Shown here piece after piece: positions 32,062 to 44,855 of a DNA stretch of 64,000 nucleotides; position 1 is the first letter of the stretch, and each line of letters begins with the position of its first letter. This DNA is from Schizochytrium sp. TIO01. Its lineage: Eukaryota; Protista; Bigyra: Labyrinthulomycetes. The translations under genes and the position numbers were made by a program. Under the pieces are notes generated by a model. It ran no database searches and was not told the DNA's origin. It saw nothing but the letters and a program-made list of their open reading frames with translations. The DNA is taken from NCBI GenBank assembly GCA_004764695.1, contig SMSO01000032.1, positions 186,001 to 250,000 on the forward strand. The letters run 5' to 3'.

Positions 32062-33095
32062 TTTAGAGCTATTAATTTTTTAAAAATCAAGTTGAAAACA
32101 ATTTCTCGCAGCAAGATACATATAGCTTAAATCTTTCCGCTGACTTTCCTTTCACATCTCTACTCTATTCACTTATGTAGATATATATATCTAAATTGAA
32201 AAAAAAAAAAAAAAAAAACATCTTTGTATTCTTGGTTGGCCCAGGCAAGATCAGACAAGATAAGCTTTACATTTCCGGTACTAGATACCTAGATAGTCGC
32301 CGACTGGTCTAACATATGAATACGTAAGCAAGAGAACAGTAAAGGAGGCTTTGATTATTGATAAAATATGATTTCACACAGAAATTTATTCAGTCAAACG
32401 AATATGTCCCAGTTCGCCACAGCATGAAAGCATACTCAGCAAGACTTTTTGATTTATCCAATTTTCCCTTCAACACAGACATCAGTTTGAAAACCGTCCG
32501 TCTGACTACAGATAACGGAACGCCTGTTCATAACAGAGGCGTTATCTGCTCCTTGCCATCACCATGAGGTTCAATCAGCAGAGAGTTAATACAAAAGGAA
32601 ATTATTATTTTTACTATTAAAGCTCCTATGAGTGAAGGCTTGATTATATGTTGAGTTTGTGAAAAGAATTTTGGTCAATCAAATACGCATAAAATCTTGT
32701 GCAATTGTGAGCGTATAAAGCTGGGAGAACTCCCATTGAAAGAAAATAGGGCAAGGGATACAACCGTAATGAGGTTGCCAAAATATGTCCAACTTCCGAA
32801 GCCCAAGCCCAAGCTCAAGTGATATTAATCTTGTGGGCAGTATGTATTTTATTATAGTTCATTATGTAAATGTGTGCATCGGTATTTACGAGCACATAGG
32901 CGACACAGATGGCTCAAATACTAAGTATTCTGTAGAATATTTCTCTTTACAACGCGCAGAGTTGGGAGAAGAGAAAAAGGGAGGCGAGATAAAACGGCAA
33001 GGGTCATATACATGTCAACACGCACCAAAGACAATAACAAAAACATATGTTTTGTCCGAGGTAAGCAGCCTTAAGGATCAACTAAGTCTGCAAAA

Positions 33096-35570
33096 TTAGC
33101 GGCGCCATCTGGTAGCCTCAATCTCGAGTTCACGAACACGCTCAGCAAGCTTTCGGTTGGCAAAGCGTTGCTGCTCAAGATGATCCTCCTTCTCAGTGAG
33201 CTGCTCAGTGAGTGAGTTAGCTAATTGATACACAAGAGCCAACTGGCGTCGGTCTGCACGGTTAAGTGAGATTTTGCTCAGATCCAAATTCGGGGGAAGA
33301 GATACTTCGGAAGCATCGTTGGAACCCATTGCGGGCCCAATGTGCTTAGTAAGGCCTTCCTTGACGATATTGCGAGCAGGGGGTGCTGGCTTACGAGAGA
33401 ACATGAAGCCTGCAGGGCCACGGGAGGCACCAGAGGAGCCGCTCGAATTGCTGTTGGCACTCGAGGGCCGCTGGTAGATGGCTGCCCGCAGACTAGCGTT
33501 CTCGCTCAAAAGGTCCATCTTTTCCATTTCGCGGGAGTGGAGACGCGAGCGAAGAGTATCCATTTCGCCAATGAACTCCTCCATGTCCATGAAAGAGTCA
33601 AGCCCTGCCTGCTGTACAATTTTACTTACATCCTTGGCCAAGCTCTCGAACTTGGCCCGCAGAGCCTTGCGCTGGGCCACAGTGACCTCCAGCCTCTCCT
33701 GGAGCGCACGAGTTTCAGCTTCAGCTTCGACGCGCAGGCTAATTTGTGCCTGTAAAGAGGACTGAAGATCAAAGGCTTGCTGTTCGGTATCTCGAGCCAT
33801 AATTTCCAATTCGCGAATGCGAGCCTGCTGCTGTTTTTCGATGAGACGGGATTCTGCGAGGTGAGCCTCGAGTGTGGCAGTGCGCTGTTTTTCCTCCGCA
33901 AGCTCAAGAGAAACAGCCTCGCGAGCTTGGGATGACTCATTAAGGCATTCTTTGTAGCTTCCAATTTCGGCCCGCGCGCCGGCCTCCCGAGCCGCGAGAG
34001 AATCGATTGTTGTCTTGGCGTCATCAAGCTGGCAGCGAAGTCGCTCAACCTCCTTTTCAAGGTCTGAAACATGGGCAAGAGACTTTCCAGTCTCCGCCAC
34101 GGAGCGAATGTTAGCACGTTGGGCGTTGGTCTTGAGTTCATCCACTTGCTCCCGAAGATCACGAATCAAGGCATCCTTGTAGGCGGACTCGCGGTCGAGA
34201 CGAGAAATCTCCGCCGAAAGTTGGTCGCGGTCGTCGCTGGGATCCGAAGCAATGGCCCGTTGGAGACTTGGGCGGAAAAAGAAGTTGCGACCAGTGTTGT
34301 TCATTACCCCGGTCGAAGTTGTGGTGTCCTCGTCTTCAGTTACATCGCTTTCGTCGCCAGAGGTGGCAGCATCAACATCGCTGACAGCAGCGCTGTTGAA
34401 TTCACTAGCCATACACACGTCAGCATTAGGAAGATGCCGCAAGAGACCAAGAACAAAAACTTTGCGAGCATCGGGGTCGCCATTGAGAGTTAGATCGATG
34501 TATTCCCCATCACGGTCCTCCTGCTGAAGCACCTTGGAGAGGCGAAGCTTGTGCGGGTGCTGGTCATCCAGAATGACTCGAAGCTGTGCGATTTCCCCAG
34601 GTTCATATGTAAAAACATCCAGAACATCGATGCGCTCGATCTGCTTAGTGTGAGGGTCCATGGTCAAGTAGAGTGCGTCTGGCTCAGGGTTGCTCTCCTC
34701 TTCTCCAATACTTGCTGCCCAAGAGACAGTTTCATTCTCGAATGCAGAAGTGACCTCCTCCTCAAGATGAGCGCTTGGTCGCAAGGGACCGATCTGTGCT
34801 GAAAAGCGTTTGCTTCGGGAGAATGTGGGCCATGCTTCAACTTTGACGATGCAGCCAAAGTCGAGCGCTGTAGGCTGGTAGAATCCGACTGAAGATGACA
34901 CAAGCTTCTTTGGCGGTCCAGGGGACTTTGGCCTCTTAATTCCGCTTGAGTTGCTCGGGTTGCTGGACCTGCTAGAGGCCGACATGGGAGAATTAGAGCC
35001 CGTTTCGATTCTGGACCACTTGAGACGCACGAATTCGGAATCCTCTACTGTGCCGAGCATGTTTCCATCCAGAAGCACGCAGAGAGTTCCACTCTCTTCC
35101 TCGATGGAAAGTGTCGAGAGTAGGCTCTCGATTGCATCGCGACGGTTCTTTCCAGCATCCTGCTGCTGCTGTTGCTGTTGCTGAAGTCCGGCCTGAATAA
35201 CAGTACTTGGCCTGCGACGGAAGCTGTTGCCGAGCTTACCGGGTAAAATCTTCCACACTGCAGCTGCTGAAGGTGACCTTGATCCTCCATTAATCTGCTG
35301 TTGGGGTGAGAGTGGAGACATTGCTTCTGATGACGCTGATTTCGGTTCAGACCTGTGCACATGGGCATTATTTTGGCCCCCAAAGTTCTGCATTTGTTGC
35401 TGCCCATTACTCAGACCCTGATGCATTTGCTGTTCTCCGTGCTTGAAAATTTGCTGGAGCTGCTGTTGAAAAGAGCTTGCATCGTCAAGCCCTGTCGCCC
35501 CCTTCCTTGCCTCCACAGACAGTGCGTCGCGGTCGCTTTGCGGAGCTTCTGATCCGCGTACATCCGTCAT
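33096..35570 (-). CDS. 824-aa protein: Q-rich N-terminus, Ig-like module (W...YQPT.LD.GC.VKVE) and long C-terminal coiled coil
   Basis: Uninterrupted ORF. LKWSRI...YQPTALDFGCIVKVEAWP resembles AIR9/SCAB-type Ig-like domains; heptads over about aa 450-700. Confidence 0.8.
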   Translation of the reverse strand: MTDVRGSEAPQSDRDALSVEARKGATGLDDASSFQQQLQQIFKHGEQQMHQGLSNGQQQMQNFGGQNNAHVHRSEPKSASSEAMSPLSPQQQINGGSRSPSAAAVWKILPGKLGNSFRRRPSTVIQAGLQQQQQQQQDAGKNRRDAIESLLSTLSIEEESGTLCVLLDGNMLGTVEDSEFVRLKWSRIETGSNSPMSASSRSSNPSNSSGIKRPKSPGPPKKLVSSSVGFYQPTALDFGCIVKVEAWPTFSRSKRFSAQIGPLRPSAHLEEEVTSAFENETVSWAASIGEEESNPEPDALYLTMDPHTKQIERIDVLDVFTYEPGEIAQLRVILDDQHPHKLRLSKVLQQEDRDGEYIDLTLNGDPDARKVFVLGLLRHLPNADVCMASEFNSAAVSDVDAATSGDESDVTEDEDTTTSTGVMNNTGRNFFFRPSLQRAIASDPSDDRDQLSAEISRLDRESAYKDALIRDLREQVDELKTNAQRANIRSVAETGKSLAHVSDLEKEVERLRCQLDDAKTTIDSLAAREAGARAEIGSYKECLNESSQAREAVSLELAEEKQRTATLEAHLAESRLIEKQQQARIRELEIMARDTEQQAFDLQSSLQAQISLRVEAEAETRALQERLEVTVAQRKALRAKFESLAKDVSKIVQQAGLDSFMDMEEFIGEMDTLRSRLHSREMEKMDLLSENASLRAAIYQRPSSANSNSSGSSGASRGPAGFMFSRKPAPPARNIVKEGLTKHIGPAMGSNDASEVSLPPNLDLSKISLNRADRRQLALVYQLANSLTEQLTEKEDHLEQQRFANRKLAERVRELEIEATRWRR

Positions 35571-35591
35571 TTTCTCCCGTCGCTTTGGTGC

Positions 35592-35627
35592 TCTCTCTCT
35601 ATGTATATATATTATCTATAAAATATA

Positions 35628-35662
<35 letters not shown>

Positions 35663-38175
35663 TATCGAGGCGAACGACGAGAAAAAGAGAAGAACAGAGA
35701 TCGCAGCTCACGAGGCGCGGTCAAAGCGGGTCTTCCCCGGGGTCGGCCTACGTGGCGGTCGCTGCGGATTTCCTCGTGCGTGCGAGCGAGGTTCCGCGGA
35801 GGCTTCGGTGGGTGGCGCCGCCAAGCTCTGCTCGCGAAGCCTTCGCCGCCCAGGAATCGATTTGCTTTGCCTTCGTCCTCTTCGGGCTCTGCCTTTGCAC
35901 AACTCGCGCTCTCTCTATTTCTTTAAGTTTTCCTTTTACTTTCCTCTTACTTTCCTCTACTGAGTACCCTAAGTACTCCTACCAAAGAATTCTTTCTCTG
36001 CTTCTACCTACCTCTAGCACTACCGTATTAGTTATGGCTAGTTAGTTCCTCCTCCTTCTTTTATGTCGTCTTTTTAAGCTCTTTCAACTCACTAAACATT
36101 TTTAATCGAATTAGAAAACGATTCATTCATTCATTCCAAGAACTTAGAAACTTAAAAGTGTGAGTGAGTGAGTGAGTGAGTGAGTGCACTGAAAGAATGG
36201 AAGAGTGCGCGAGGAAATGAATATGCATTCATTCATTCATTCATCCATCCTTTAACCCATAAGTTGAAAGAGCTGAAGCTCGCTCGAGACCTCTGCGCAA
36301 ACCAATCTTTCGTCTCGACAACTCACCATCACTCACTTATAAACAAATGGCTTTCCACGCATTTCTTTCCAGGCAGAAAGCGACGTGCACATTGATTGAT
36401 TGATTGATTGATTGATTGATATACTACGGTTAACTAACATGCGTATAGAGAGATGAGAATGAAGAACTTGCTTAGGCGCGGCTATTTAACTCCTATTCAC
36501 CAACTCACTCACTCACTCACTGAGTCCTCATAATTTGCTATAACTTTTAGAGGAAAGAAGAAAGAAAGTGCTACAGCGAAAGAAAGCACTTTTGAAGGAA
36601 CGATCGAATGACAGGGGGGTTTGATCGAAAGAGTATCTTCTCTCGAGATCCTCGTACTTCACTTCTTTTCGCTTTCACAGCAGTGCCATCATGATTACGA
36701 AAAGATGTTTCTTCTTCTGTTCGTCGCTCGCTTACTCATAAATTAACTACCTAAATGATGGATGATTGATTGATTGATTGATTGACTGACTGACTGACTG
36801 ACTGAATGATGATATACCTACCTTTCACAAAACATAATATAGGCTACATATGTGTATACATATGTATATAAAATACAGAAATGTCACAGATCTGGGAAGA
36901 ACCCAAAACTCCTAAAACTGAATTCCTAACCAACTAGACCACTTCGCTTTACACGTACGTACGTACCTACTCCTAATTTACCCACGTACGTACGTTTCGA
37001 TGTGCACTCGCTCGCTCGAGAAAGCACGTACGTACCTGCGTATCCATCGACACAGCCATTCGCATCTCCGCTGTTCACGACCTCTGCTCTACTTCTTCTT
37101 CTCCCTCCTTCGACTTTCATTTTAAGACCTAACAAATATACAAATAAACAAACAAACACTCTATAAACAACAATTGCATCAATAGAAATCTGTGCTCATT
37201 CCTTCTTTAAACAAAATGAGATACCGTATAACATACATACTTACATACTTACATACACAATAAAACAAACGCAATAAATAAACTCTTAAAAACAGGTTTC
37301 ACCACAGCAATAATCATAACACTTCAACTTTCACATTCATTCAACTACAAATAGTTTATCATATGTTAGTTAGTACCCACATAGGTCGTCCTCGCGGTTG
37401 ATACCTTATGGGTAAGCAAGGAGGGCGCGAAGGTAATTCATGATCAATGAATGAATGAATGAATGAATCAATCAATCAATCAATCAATGTTCTGCTTCTG
37501 CTTCTGCTTCGGTTCTGCGCGGCTTTGGGCGATCGATAAAGCGTCGCGGGCGAGGGAAAGCGAGAGGCAAGCGCGGATTGCGCTCCGGCGGGTGCGCCGC
37601 GAGCCTGGATCTGCCTGGCTCTGGAGCGGACCGGTGGACTTTGGGCGGGAAGCGGAAGGAGCGCCTCTGATTTCACTCGCTCAGTTCATTCATTGATTCA
37701 TTGATTCATTCATTCATCGCTGATTTCGATGTGATTATTTCTTTCTTTCTTTCTTTCTTTCTTTCTTTGTCTTTGTTATCACTGTTGTGTACTAACTACA
37801 AACAAACGAATAACTTGGAATCTCTTTTATTTTAATGAGAAATAAACTAAGCTAAACAAACACACATCGTTAGCAGTTGGTTACTTAGTCAATACGGGTA
37901 CCTGATTATTTATTACACCTACAAACAAACGAAGATCGATAAGCGTCGAATTCGCTTTGGATCGTGAGTGATCGCAGCGTTTACAACCGTGTCATGCTCA
38001 GCAGCGGCGGTCTTTGCTAGTACGAGCACAGCACAACGTTGGAGGCCGAGTTGCCGAGGACCGGGCTCAACTCGGGCGATTGGTAACTAACTCCTCCACG
38101 ACTGATGATATTGTGATGAAGGTCGATCGTTCGCCTTGCCTCTCAAAGCAAAGGCCTCATAGGTTATATGAATGA

Positions 38176-38217
<42 letters not shown>

Positions 38218-41200
38218 ATCTATGGAAATAACACACACGTTCTTCTATGTAGTATAAATGGAAGCAAACGACTTTTCAGGCGGAGCCATCTTTCCCACAA
38301 AATCAGCTGTGAAGAACTCGAGGAGATGCCTGCAAACTGCAAACACGCGCTGCCTGCTGTAAAGATACGGACCCTGCCATTTGCCAGAGCAGCCACCGCC
38401 CTTGCAGACCAGTGCAGTGCCCCCATCACTTGGCTCTTGGCTGCTCGCTCATTCATTCATTCATCCATTCATTGCTTCGTACTACGTATGTTTTTTTGGC
38501 GTTAGTATCGTAGTTCTCTCTCCAAGGCCCTCTTTCAATCTTCTTTAGCACTATAAAGAAGTCTGAAAGTCTCAAACAATGAACAATTTGTTGAGAAATC
38601 TCGTAAAACATTTTACGCAAACTTGAACAAAGAGATAATGAGAGCAAATAAGTCACCATATGATTACTATTCACCTTTCTTATTTTAAATAAAAATAATA
38701 ATAATAATTTTAATAATAATATTTAACTTTAAATTATAACTCGAGGTTATAAAATGAATAAATAAACAAATAAACAAAAGAACAAAAGAATGAATGAATA
38801 GTGCTCGTTTAAAGTTAAACAATTTTTTAATTAAATAGAGTAAGTCCTACCGTAAGAGGTACTAGGCCTTATCTACCCCTCACTAAGTTCACCGCCTTTA
38901 ACAATTTAGTCCGTGAAAGAGGAGTTCTTCGCGCAGTTTTGCGGCGCTTCGCGCTATTCGCCGACCCCAGCGGCCCCTCCGCAAGCCCTGGGCAGCCGCT
39001 CGCTCGCCGCCGTGGGGCGCCGGCAGGCCTGCCTACGCGTCTGACGGCGGCCTGCGGCTCGCCAGCGTCCTGGCCGCAGCGCGTTGTTGTCGCGAGGAAG
39101 GAAGGACCAGGCCCAAGCTGCTTCTGCTGCGCCTCGATTCTTCGTCGCTTCCGCTAGGAGTGCCTACCGCAAACCTTAGAAGTGGGGTGGTATGATTTCT
39201 TGCGCTCTCTCCGCCGTTGTTGGTTCTTCGTGTGCTGCGATAACCAACTTCGTCGTGGAAACCTGAAGCATTCGCTGTGGCGTTGGCGGAGGCCTGCGAG
39301 GCCTCGAGCTTAGCGCCCCCCCCCCCCCCCACGCTCGCGGACTGGCTGGTGCCGGTTTCCGTGGAGCATTCGTTGCGAGTGAATGAATTAGTGAATGATT
39401 GTTTGATCACCTCTCTAAATGTTGGTTTTGACCCGTTTGTTTACACGTCGATACATAATAAAAGGGTAACAGAACAGGGTCGTTGAGGAATGAATGAATG
39501 AATGAATGAATGAATGAATGAATGAATGAATGAATGAATTCATGGAGTTCACCATTCTCTAATGATTCCTTCGATTGCACGGATTGCACAATTGACTGAG
39601 CGTCTGGACGCTCTGCGCCGTCAGTCGGTTTGACGATGGTGCAGGCAACGATGGTTCTTGCAAATCAATCTGATGATTGATTATTGATTGTGGAGATCAG
39701 TGAAACTCGCGGAAGGAATCGTAAGAGAGGCGGAAGAAGCGCTGCTTTTGTGATAATGAATAATAGGAGGTGTGCGGAGCCTTTGATGATAGACAGATTG
39801 ATTGATTGCTTTGCTTTGCTTTGGGAACTCGAGGTGGTGGCCCCAAGAAGGAAATAAGCACCTTCTTCAAGACGCTGAGGCTTTTGGTTTGCAGGGCGTA
39901 GTTGGTGCGCCATGATTGTAATTCATGCTTCATATCCCTCAATTCTCATCCAAACTTTCTTCTTTTATTATTATTTTATTATTATTTTTATTATTTTATT
40001 CTTTCTTTCTTTCTTCGTCGTTTTCTTTAATTTTGTAATGGTTATTGTTTTGTGATGGGTTACACACATAACAAACCGTACTAAATGATTTGCGACCATC
40101 TTTTATTTGCAATTCTAGCGCTACACCTGCTCAATCTCTGGAGGGAGTCGCGATCAAAGAGCACGGTTCTGCAGTCGCTAAGCCGAACGGGCGACTGACT
40201 CACTCACTCGCGGACTGAGACTGCCTCTGAGACCGCCAGAAATAAATAAATAAATAAACAAACAAACAAACAAACAGGACAGGAATAACTAAAGCCGTGG
40301 ACAACCTTAGAAAGAATAGACATTTCTTTTTTACTGCATTGACTTTTAATGACATAGGCAGTAGATTAGCTAGCCATGGTAGTAGTACCTAAGCTACCTG
40401 CTAGGGCTACTTCCACTTGGTTTGGAGAATGTGCCTACTTCAAAGGTTTGGACATTCTGAGCTGCGTCCGAAAGCTTGAACTCTGGATAGTATATTTATT
40501 GTTAGACACCTGCTTCGACTCACGTCTTCGGACGGAGGGAACTTTCACCTTAGCTATGCGTCATCTTTTTGCAATGAACTTATGGTCAATTGAAGGAAAG
40601 TGAGTGAATGAATGAATGAATGACTGCGAAGTTTGGGAGGTTAAGTTATTTTTCTTTGTTTTTTAACCTATGTATGTATGAATGAATGAACGAATTCTTC
40701 TCACTCGGCGTATTGCAATAATGGCGCCTCCTTGAAACGCCGCACCAAAGTGAAACTTGAAGCTGGGCTCTTCAGCACCGGACTTGCGTGGATTCCACGT
40801 GAGGCCGACGTCCTGCAAGAGCAAGAGCTGAGGCTTGTGGCCATGGAAAGGTTTCTCGCGGACACCATGGAGTCAGCTGCCAGGGTTAGTTTGCCTGCTT
40901 GCTTACGTGTAAGATGGATGATTGTTTTATTTTTATAAAAGGCCAGGCACCAGGTACCTGGGACAGGCGCTTCGCGTTCTTGGCAGCTGAGAGTTTCAGC
41001 CGCGAGGTAATGAAACGACAATCTAACTATCTAATATCAACCAACAGCAGCTTCGAAGTCTTCGTCCACCGGTCTACCACTATCCAGGTACCGAAAGTTT
41101 GCAGGCCTTCTCTAGAGCTGGCGAACCTTGAGCAGAGGACATTTTGCCATCATCATTCGAGACATAAATTCACACATGCATTCACTCATTCATTCATTCA

Positions 41201-43620
41201 TTCATTCATTCAGAAATACATACATGCCAAGGTTCGTGGTACATCTTCACGCAAGTTTCCCGACACCGTACGCAGCATCATGGCAAGGAAGTTGGACTTG
41301 GCGACGAATTTTCACAACGTGGGCCTCCTTCCCGGTCCAATCAAGAAAGCCTCCATCGCTGTTATCAGCTCCTTCGTGGTTGCCCCTGTCGTGGTAATTT
41401 CAATGGTGCTTCGCGAGCTGGCTGGCTAATGCATCGCCATTCGTTCATCGACCGTTCGCTCGAGATGAACCTGAACAATCGAGGTAGCACAACGACAGCC
41501 GCATCCTGGCCGCCTGCCTGTAACGAGTTACAGCCACTCGCTGTTGTGAAACCCTGCTGCACCGAAGTAACCGTCCTCTCCACTCCAACGCCAATGTAAC
41601 ATCCATCGCCGCCATCGTTGATGATGTCGTCGTGCGCCAGAGCTCGCAATGTAGCGCACATTGCAGGCAGTAAATCAACGAATAACTAACCAAACAACTC
41701 ATTAACTAACTAGCTGAGTAATCTCGAAGACGCGCCAGCTGGTCTCCAGCCAAAATTAGAGAGAGACCTCCGCCCTCCCCAGCCCCGTTCACGTTCACGT
41801 GCTGAGTGAGAACCACGGTCGACGCAAATTCTCGACGAAGATGTAGGTCATGGTGCCGTCGCCGCCCAAGTTCTCGCGCAAAGCGGCGGCCGTTACGAAT
41901 GCCCCAAATGTAATGCGGGTAATAGGGGCCGGCGGCGGGCGGCTTGGAAGGAAGGAAGGAAGGAAGTTGGCTGCTGAAGTCCATCCAAGATGGAGGACGC
42001 CGCAAAAGATGCGATGGCGTTTGGCTCAAGGAGGGCTTGGCGAAGAAGGGCGGACGTCGTGCTGGAGCGAGGATGCTTTTCTGTTTTCTTGGTCATTCAT
42101 TTATTGATTTATTGATTTATTGATTTATTTATTTGGTTGTTTGTTTGTTTGTTTGCTTGCTTGCTTGCTTGCTTATTTCGTTGTCCAGTGAGGCTTCTAA
42201 AAGTTGATGATGATAACCTGTGGAGGCGGGGCGTGGATGGGCTCCAAGGAGGTCAGCGAGCGTTGAGTTTGCGGCGTGAAGAGTCAAATCAGTGCGCTCA
42301 ATCGTCGATGGCGAAGGAATCTTGCAAATTGGCACTTGGCTCACGCCGGCATGCTCCTGCAAGCACACCAACTTCCTGCTGCTGGACCTCTTCTTCTTGG
42401 TCTTCTTCTTCAACTTGTTCAAGTTCTTCTTCACTTCAACTTGTTCAAGTTCTCCTCTGACTGACACTTCCAGGCCTTGGAAACCGCAACACCAACGAGT
42501 GGTCCGCCACGAGGCTACAACGACCATCCATGACGACCCGAACTCCTGCGCTTCGGAATCATAACCCATCGCCGCCAGCGATAGAAGAGCTTCTCAAACT
42601 CAGGTCGAACTCGAGGATCGCCAAACTCTGCGGAAAGCAATCTCCATAAGACCATAAGACCATAAGACACCTTCGTGGCGGTCGCAGTTTTCTCACCTCC
42701 ATTCAGCGTCATCAGTGATCTGCTATTCATATTCTCAACTCACCACAGAAGTAAGAGGTGGTTTCCGCAAAACCGCTGCTCTTCAAAGCTTGCATTGCCA
42801 TGGTCCTTCAAGTTGCGGAGCAGAAGCTAGCTGGCCGTGATGGCGATCATGGCGAGGGCGGTGATGAAGCGGGAGCTCGAAGGCCTTTGTTTGTTTGTTT
42901 GTTTGTTTGTTTGCGCCTTGATATTTTGCGACCAAAGTGGGTCGTTGATGTGTGAAGAGGCGCAAGCGTTGAACTTTGGCTTTTTTAAGATCAAGTTGGC
43001 TGAGCGGGTGGTCCAAGCAAGATGTTTCGGAAGTCCTATCTACGATGGGGCCTTCGTCGATGTTTGATTTGATTTGATTTGATTTGACTTATTGCAGAAT
43101 CTTGGGATGTTTGCCTTGGAAGAGTCAGCATTATTGTTGAGATTCTTGCAAGCGCGAAGTCCCTCTTATTATTAATAAGTTGATTGGTTGTGTGGATGCG
43201 GTGCTTGAAAAGTGCCAGCGACCGACGACTAAATGACAGCGAAGCGAGCACGCAGCCTAAAAGAGCCCGACGAGAGGCGGGCACGACGGCATCCACCGCA
43301 CCAGGGCCAGCTCGCTGACACCCATCGGAATCTATTGACTCCGAGACACCAATGAGCGAAGCCAGCCGCGAAAGCTTTTTTACTCTTTCCTTTTTTTTCT
43401 TCATCTTTTTTTCAATTATTTTTACTTAAAAACATTTTAACAAAAATGAAATTATTATCCATGTGCTATTTGATAGAATAGTATGTATTTATATTATACA
43501 TAGGCCTATCAAACAATCTTTTTATCTTATTTTAAAGTGCTTTTAAAATAAACAATTTTTTTAATATATATATATATTATTTTTTTGTTTTAATGTTTAT
43601 TTCTTATTATTTCTTAAGCA
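35592..43620. repeat. About 8-kb microsatellite-rich intergenic block: (TA)n, (GAGT)n, (GATT)n, (GACT)n, (TTTC)n, (GAAT)13 at 39488-39539, C15 at 39316-39330, (AAAT/AAAC)n, (TTTG)n, (GATTT)n
   Basis: Dozens of short tandem repeats alternating with 150-900 bp GC-rich islands; no long ORF. Confidence 0.9.
42180..43065 (-). pseudogene. Frameshifted coding-like remnant interrupted by microsatellites
   Basis: Protein-like stretches (LDHPLSQLDLKK; KFNACASSHINDPLWSQNIKA; SRFITALAMIAIT; EFGDPRVRPEFEKLFYRW) broken by (AAAC)n and short tandem duplications. Confidence 0.35.
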
Positions 43621-44855
43621 GGACTATGTAGTGCTAACGGGGTCATATGATTAGAGAGAAAGGTCGGTCAGTGCTGAGAAGTTGAATGATATATATATGG
43701 CAAAGCGTATTCATTTATACGCACGTTCAAGGCGCGACACATAAACGCCTTCGTTGATATCAAGCTGAACCTTGCAGCGTCTGTCGCGAGCGACAACATG
43801 ACTGGGTAAAACCTTCATGAGAAGATGGAGCTCTGTTTAATACTTGAGTGCGCTCTTTCAAGTTATATGTGCATTCGTTCTCGGCGCACCTTAGTCAAAG
43901 GCGACCTTCCGCGTCACCTAAGAAGAATATATGATCAACAAAACTATACTGAAGTAGGCGCTACAACCTCAAGAAGATGTTGAGGAACTCCCGGGGAGCA
44001 TCCTGCAGTGCACCTCGTATAAACCCTTGCATGAAGTACCGAGAACCTATACCTTCCTCAGGTTCCGACGCCATGCAAATCAAGCTTCGTTGGCTCGATT
44101 TCATGGCTGCCGAGACCTGGTCCAGCGCTGAAGTTCCCTTTAAAGGCGATGACGAGGCAGCTCACATACATACACACCCAAACTAACTCAGCCAGAAATG
44201 AGAATAAGAGCTGGCACCTTGCATAACAAACCATAAGCGAAGGCTGAAGACTGACTGACTCGACGTCGTAGGGATTCCCCGCCTCCACAACTGACTGACT
44301 GAGGCAGGCCACACGGTCAACACGCCCGATCGCAAGTTCACACATGCCCAAACACCTGTGACGTTGTATCATCACAGGGCAGCGCTTCCTCGCACAGTCT
44401 TCGCATGAGTTTCTTCCTTTTGACCTTTTCTATTCTGCAGTACACCAGACAGCTCCGTCATGCAATGTTCCCGCGATCGCAATTCTGCGAATGTTGTCAA
44501 ACAGCATCCAGATTCTGCAACATTTGATAATAAATGCGACTCCAAGAACTCGAAGCCCAAGCTCAGCAATCATGCTGAGAATACGCCCAGAATCAAGAAC
44601 AAGGAAAGTGCGTCTGGTTTGCTGAGCGGCTCGTGGTGCCTACTAGCTCCTTATCGCACAACTTGTGCAAAGAATATACCAATCGATTGATTGATTGATT
44701 AATTGATTTATTGACGGCATGGACGAATTATTTGCTCGAGTGATTGTGTAACCACGATTAGAGGTAACTGCTCTAACGCACGTTTCGATAAAGATCGTTT
44801 CGCATCTGCGACAACTAACGACGAATATTAGAGACCGTTTCGAGCCACCGCGAGG

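Noticed and set aside
38920-39160. GC-rich island as SRP RNA or RNase P/MRP RNA
   Set aside because: No helix-8 GNRA/AGCAG motif, Alu-domain motif or P4 consensus found by eye; kept only as an orphan island.
18625-41810. DDPGSK (about 18640) and HVNVNGAG (about 41790) as Fanzor/TnpB RuvC motifs
   Set aside because: Matches are too short, 23 kb apart, and lack a zinc finger or other supporting motifs.
16500-43620. CRISPR-like, telomeric or TIR/LTR-bounded structure of the repeat blocks
   Set aside because: Repeats are 1-12 bp tandem units with no constant repeat-spacer pattern or TTAGGG arrays, and no terminal repeats were found by eye.
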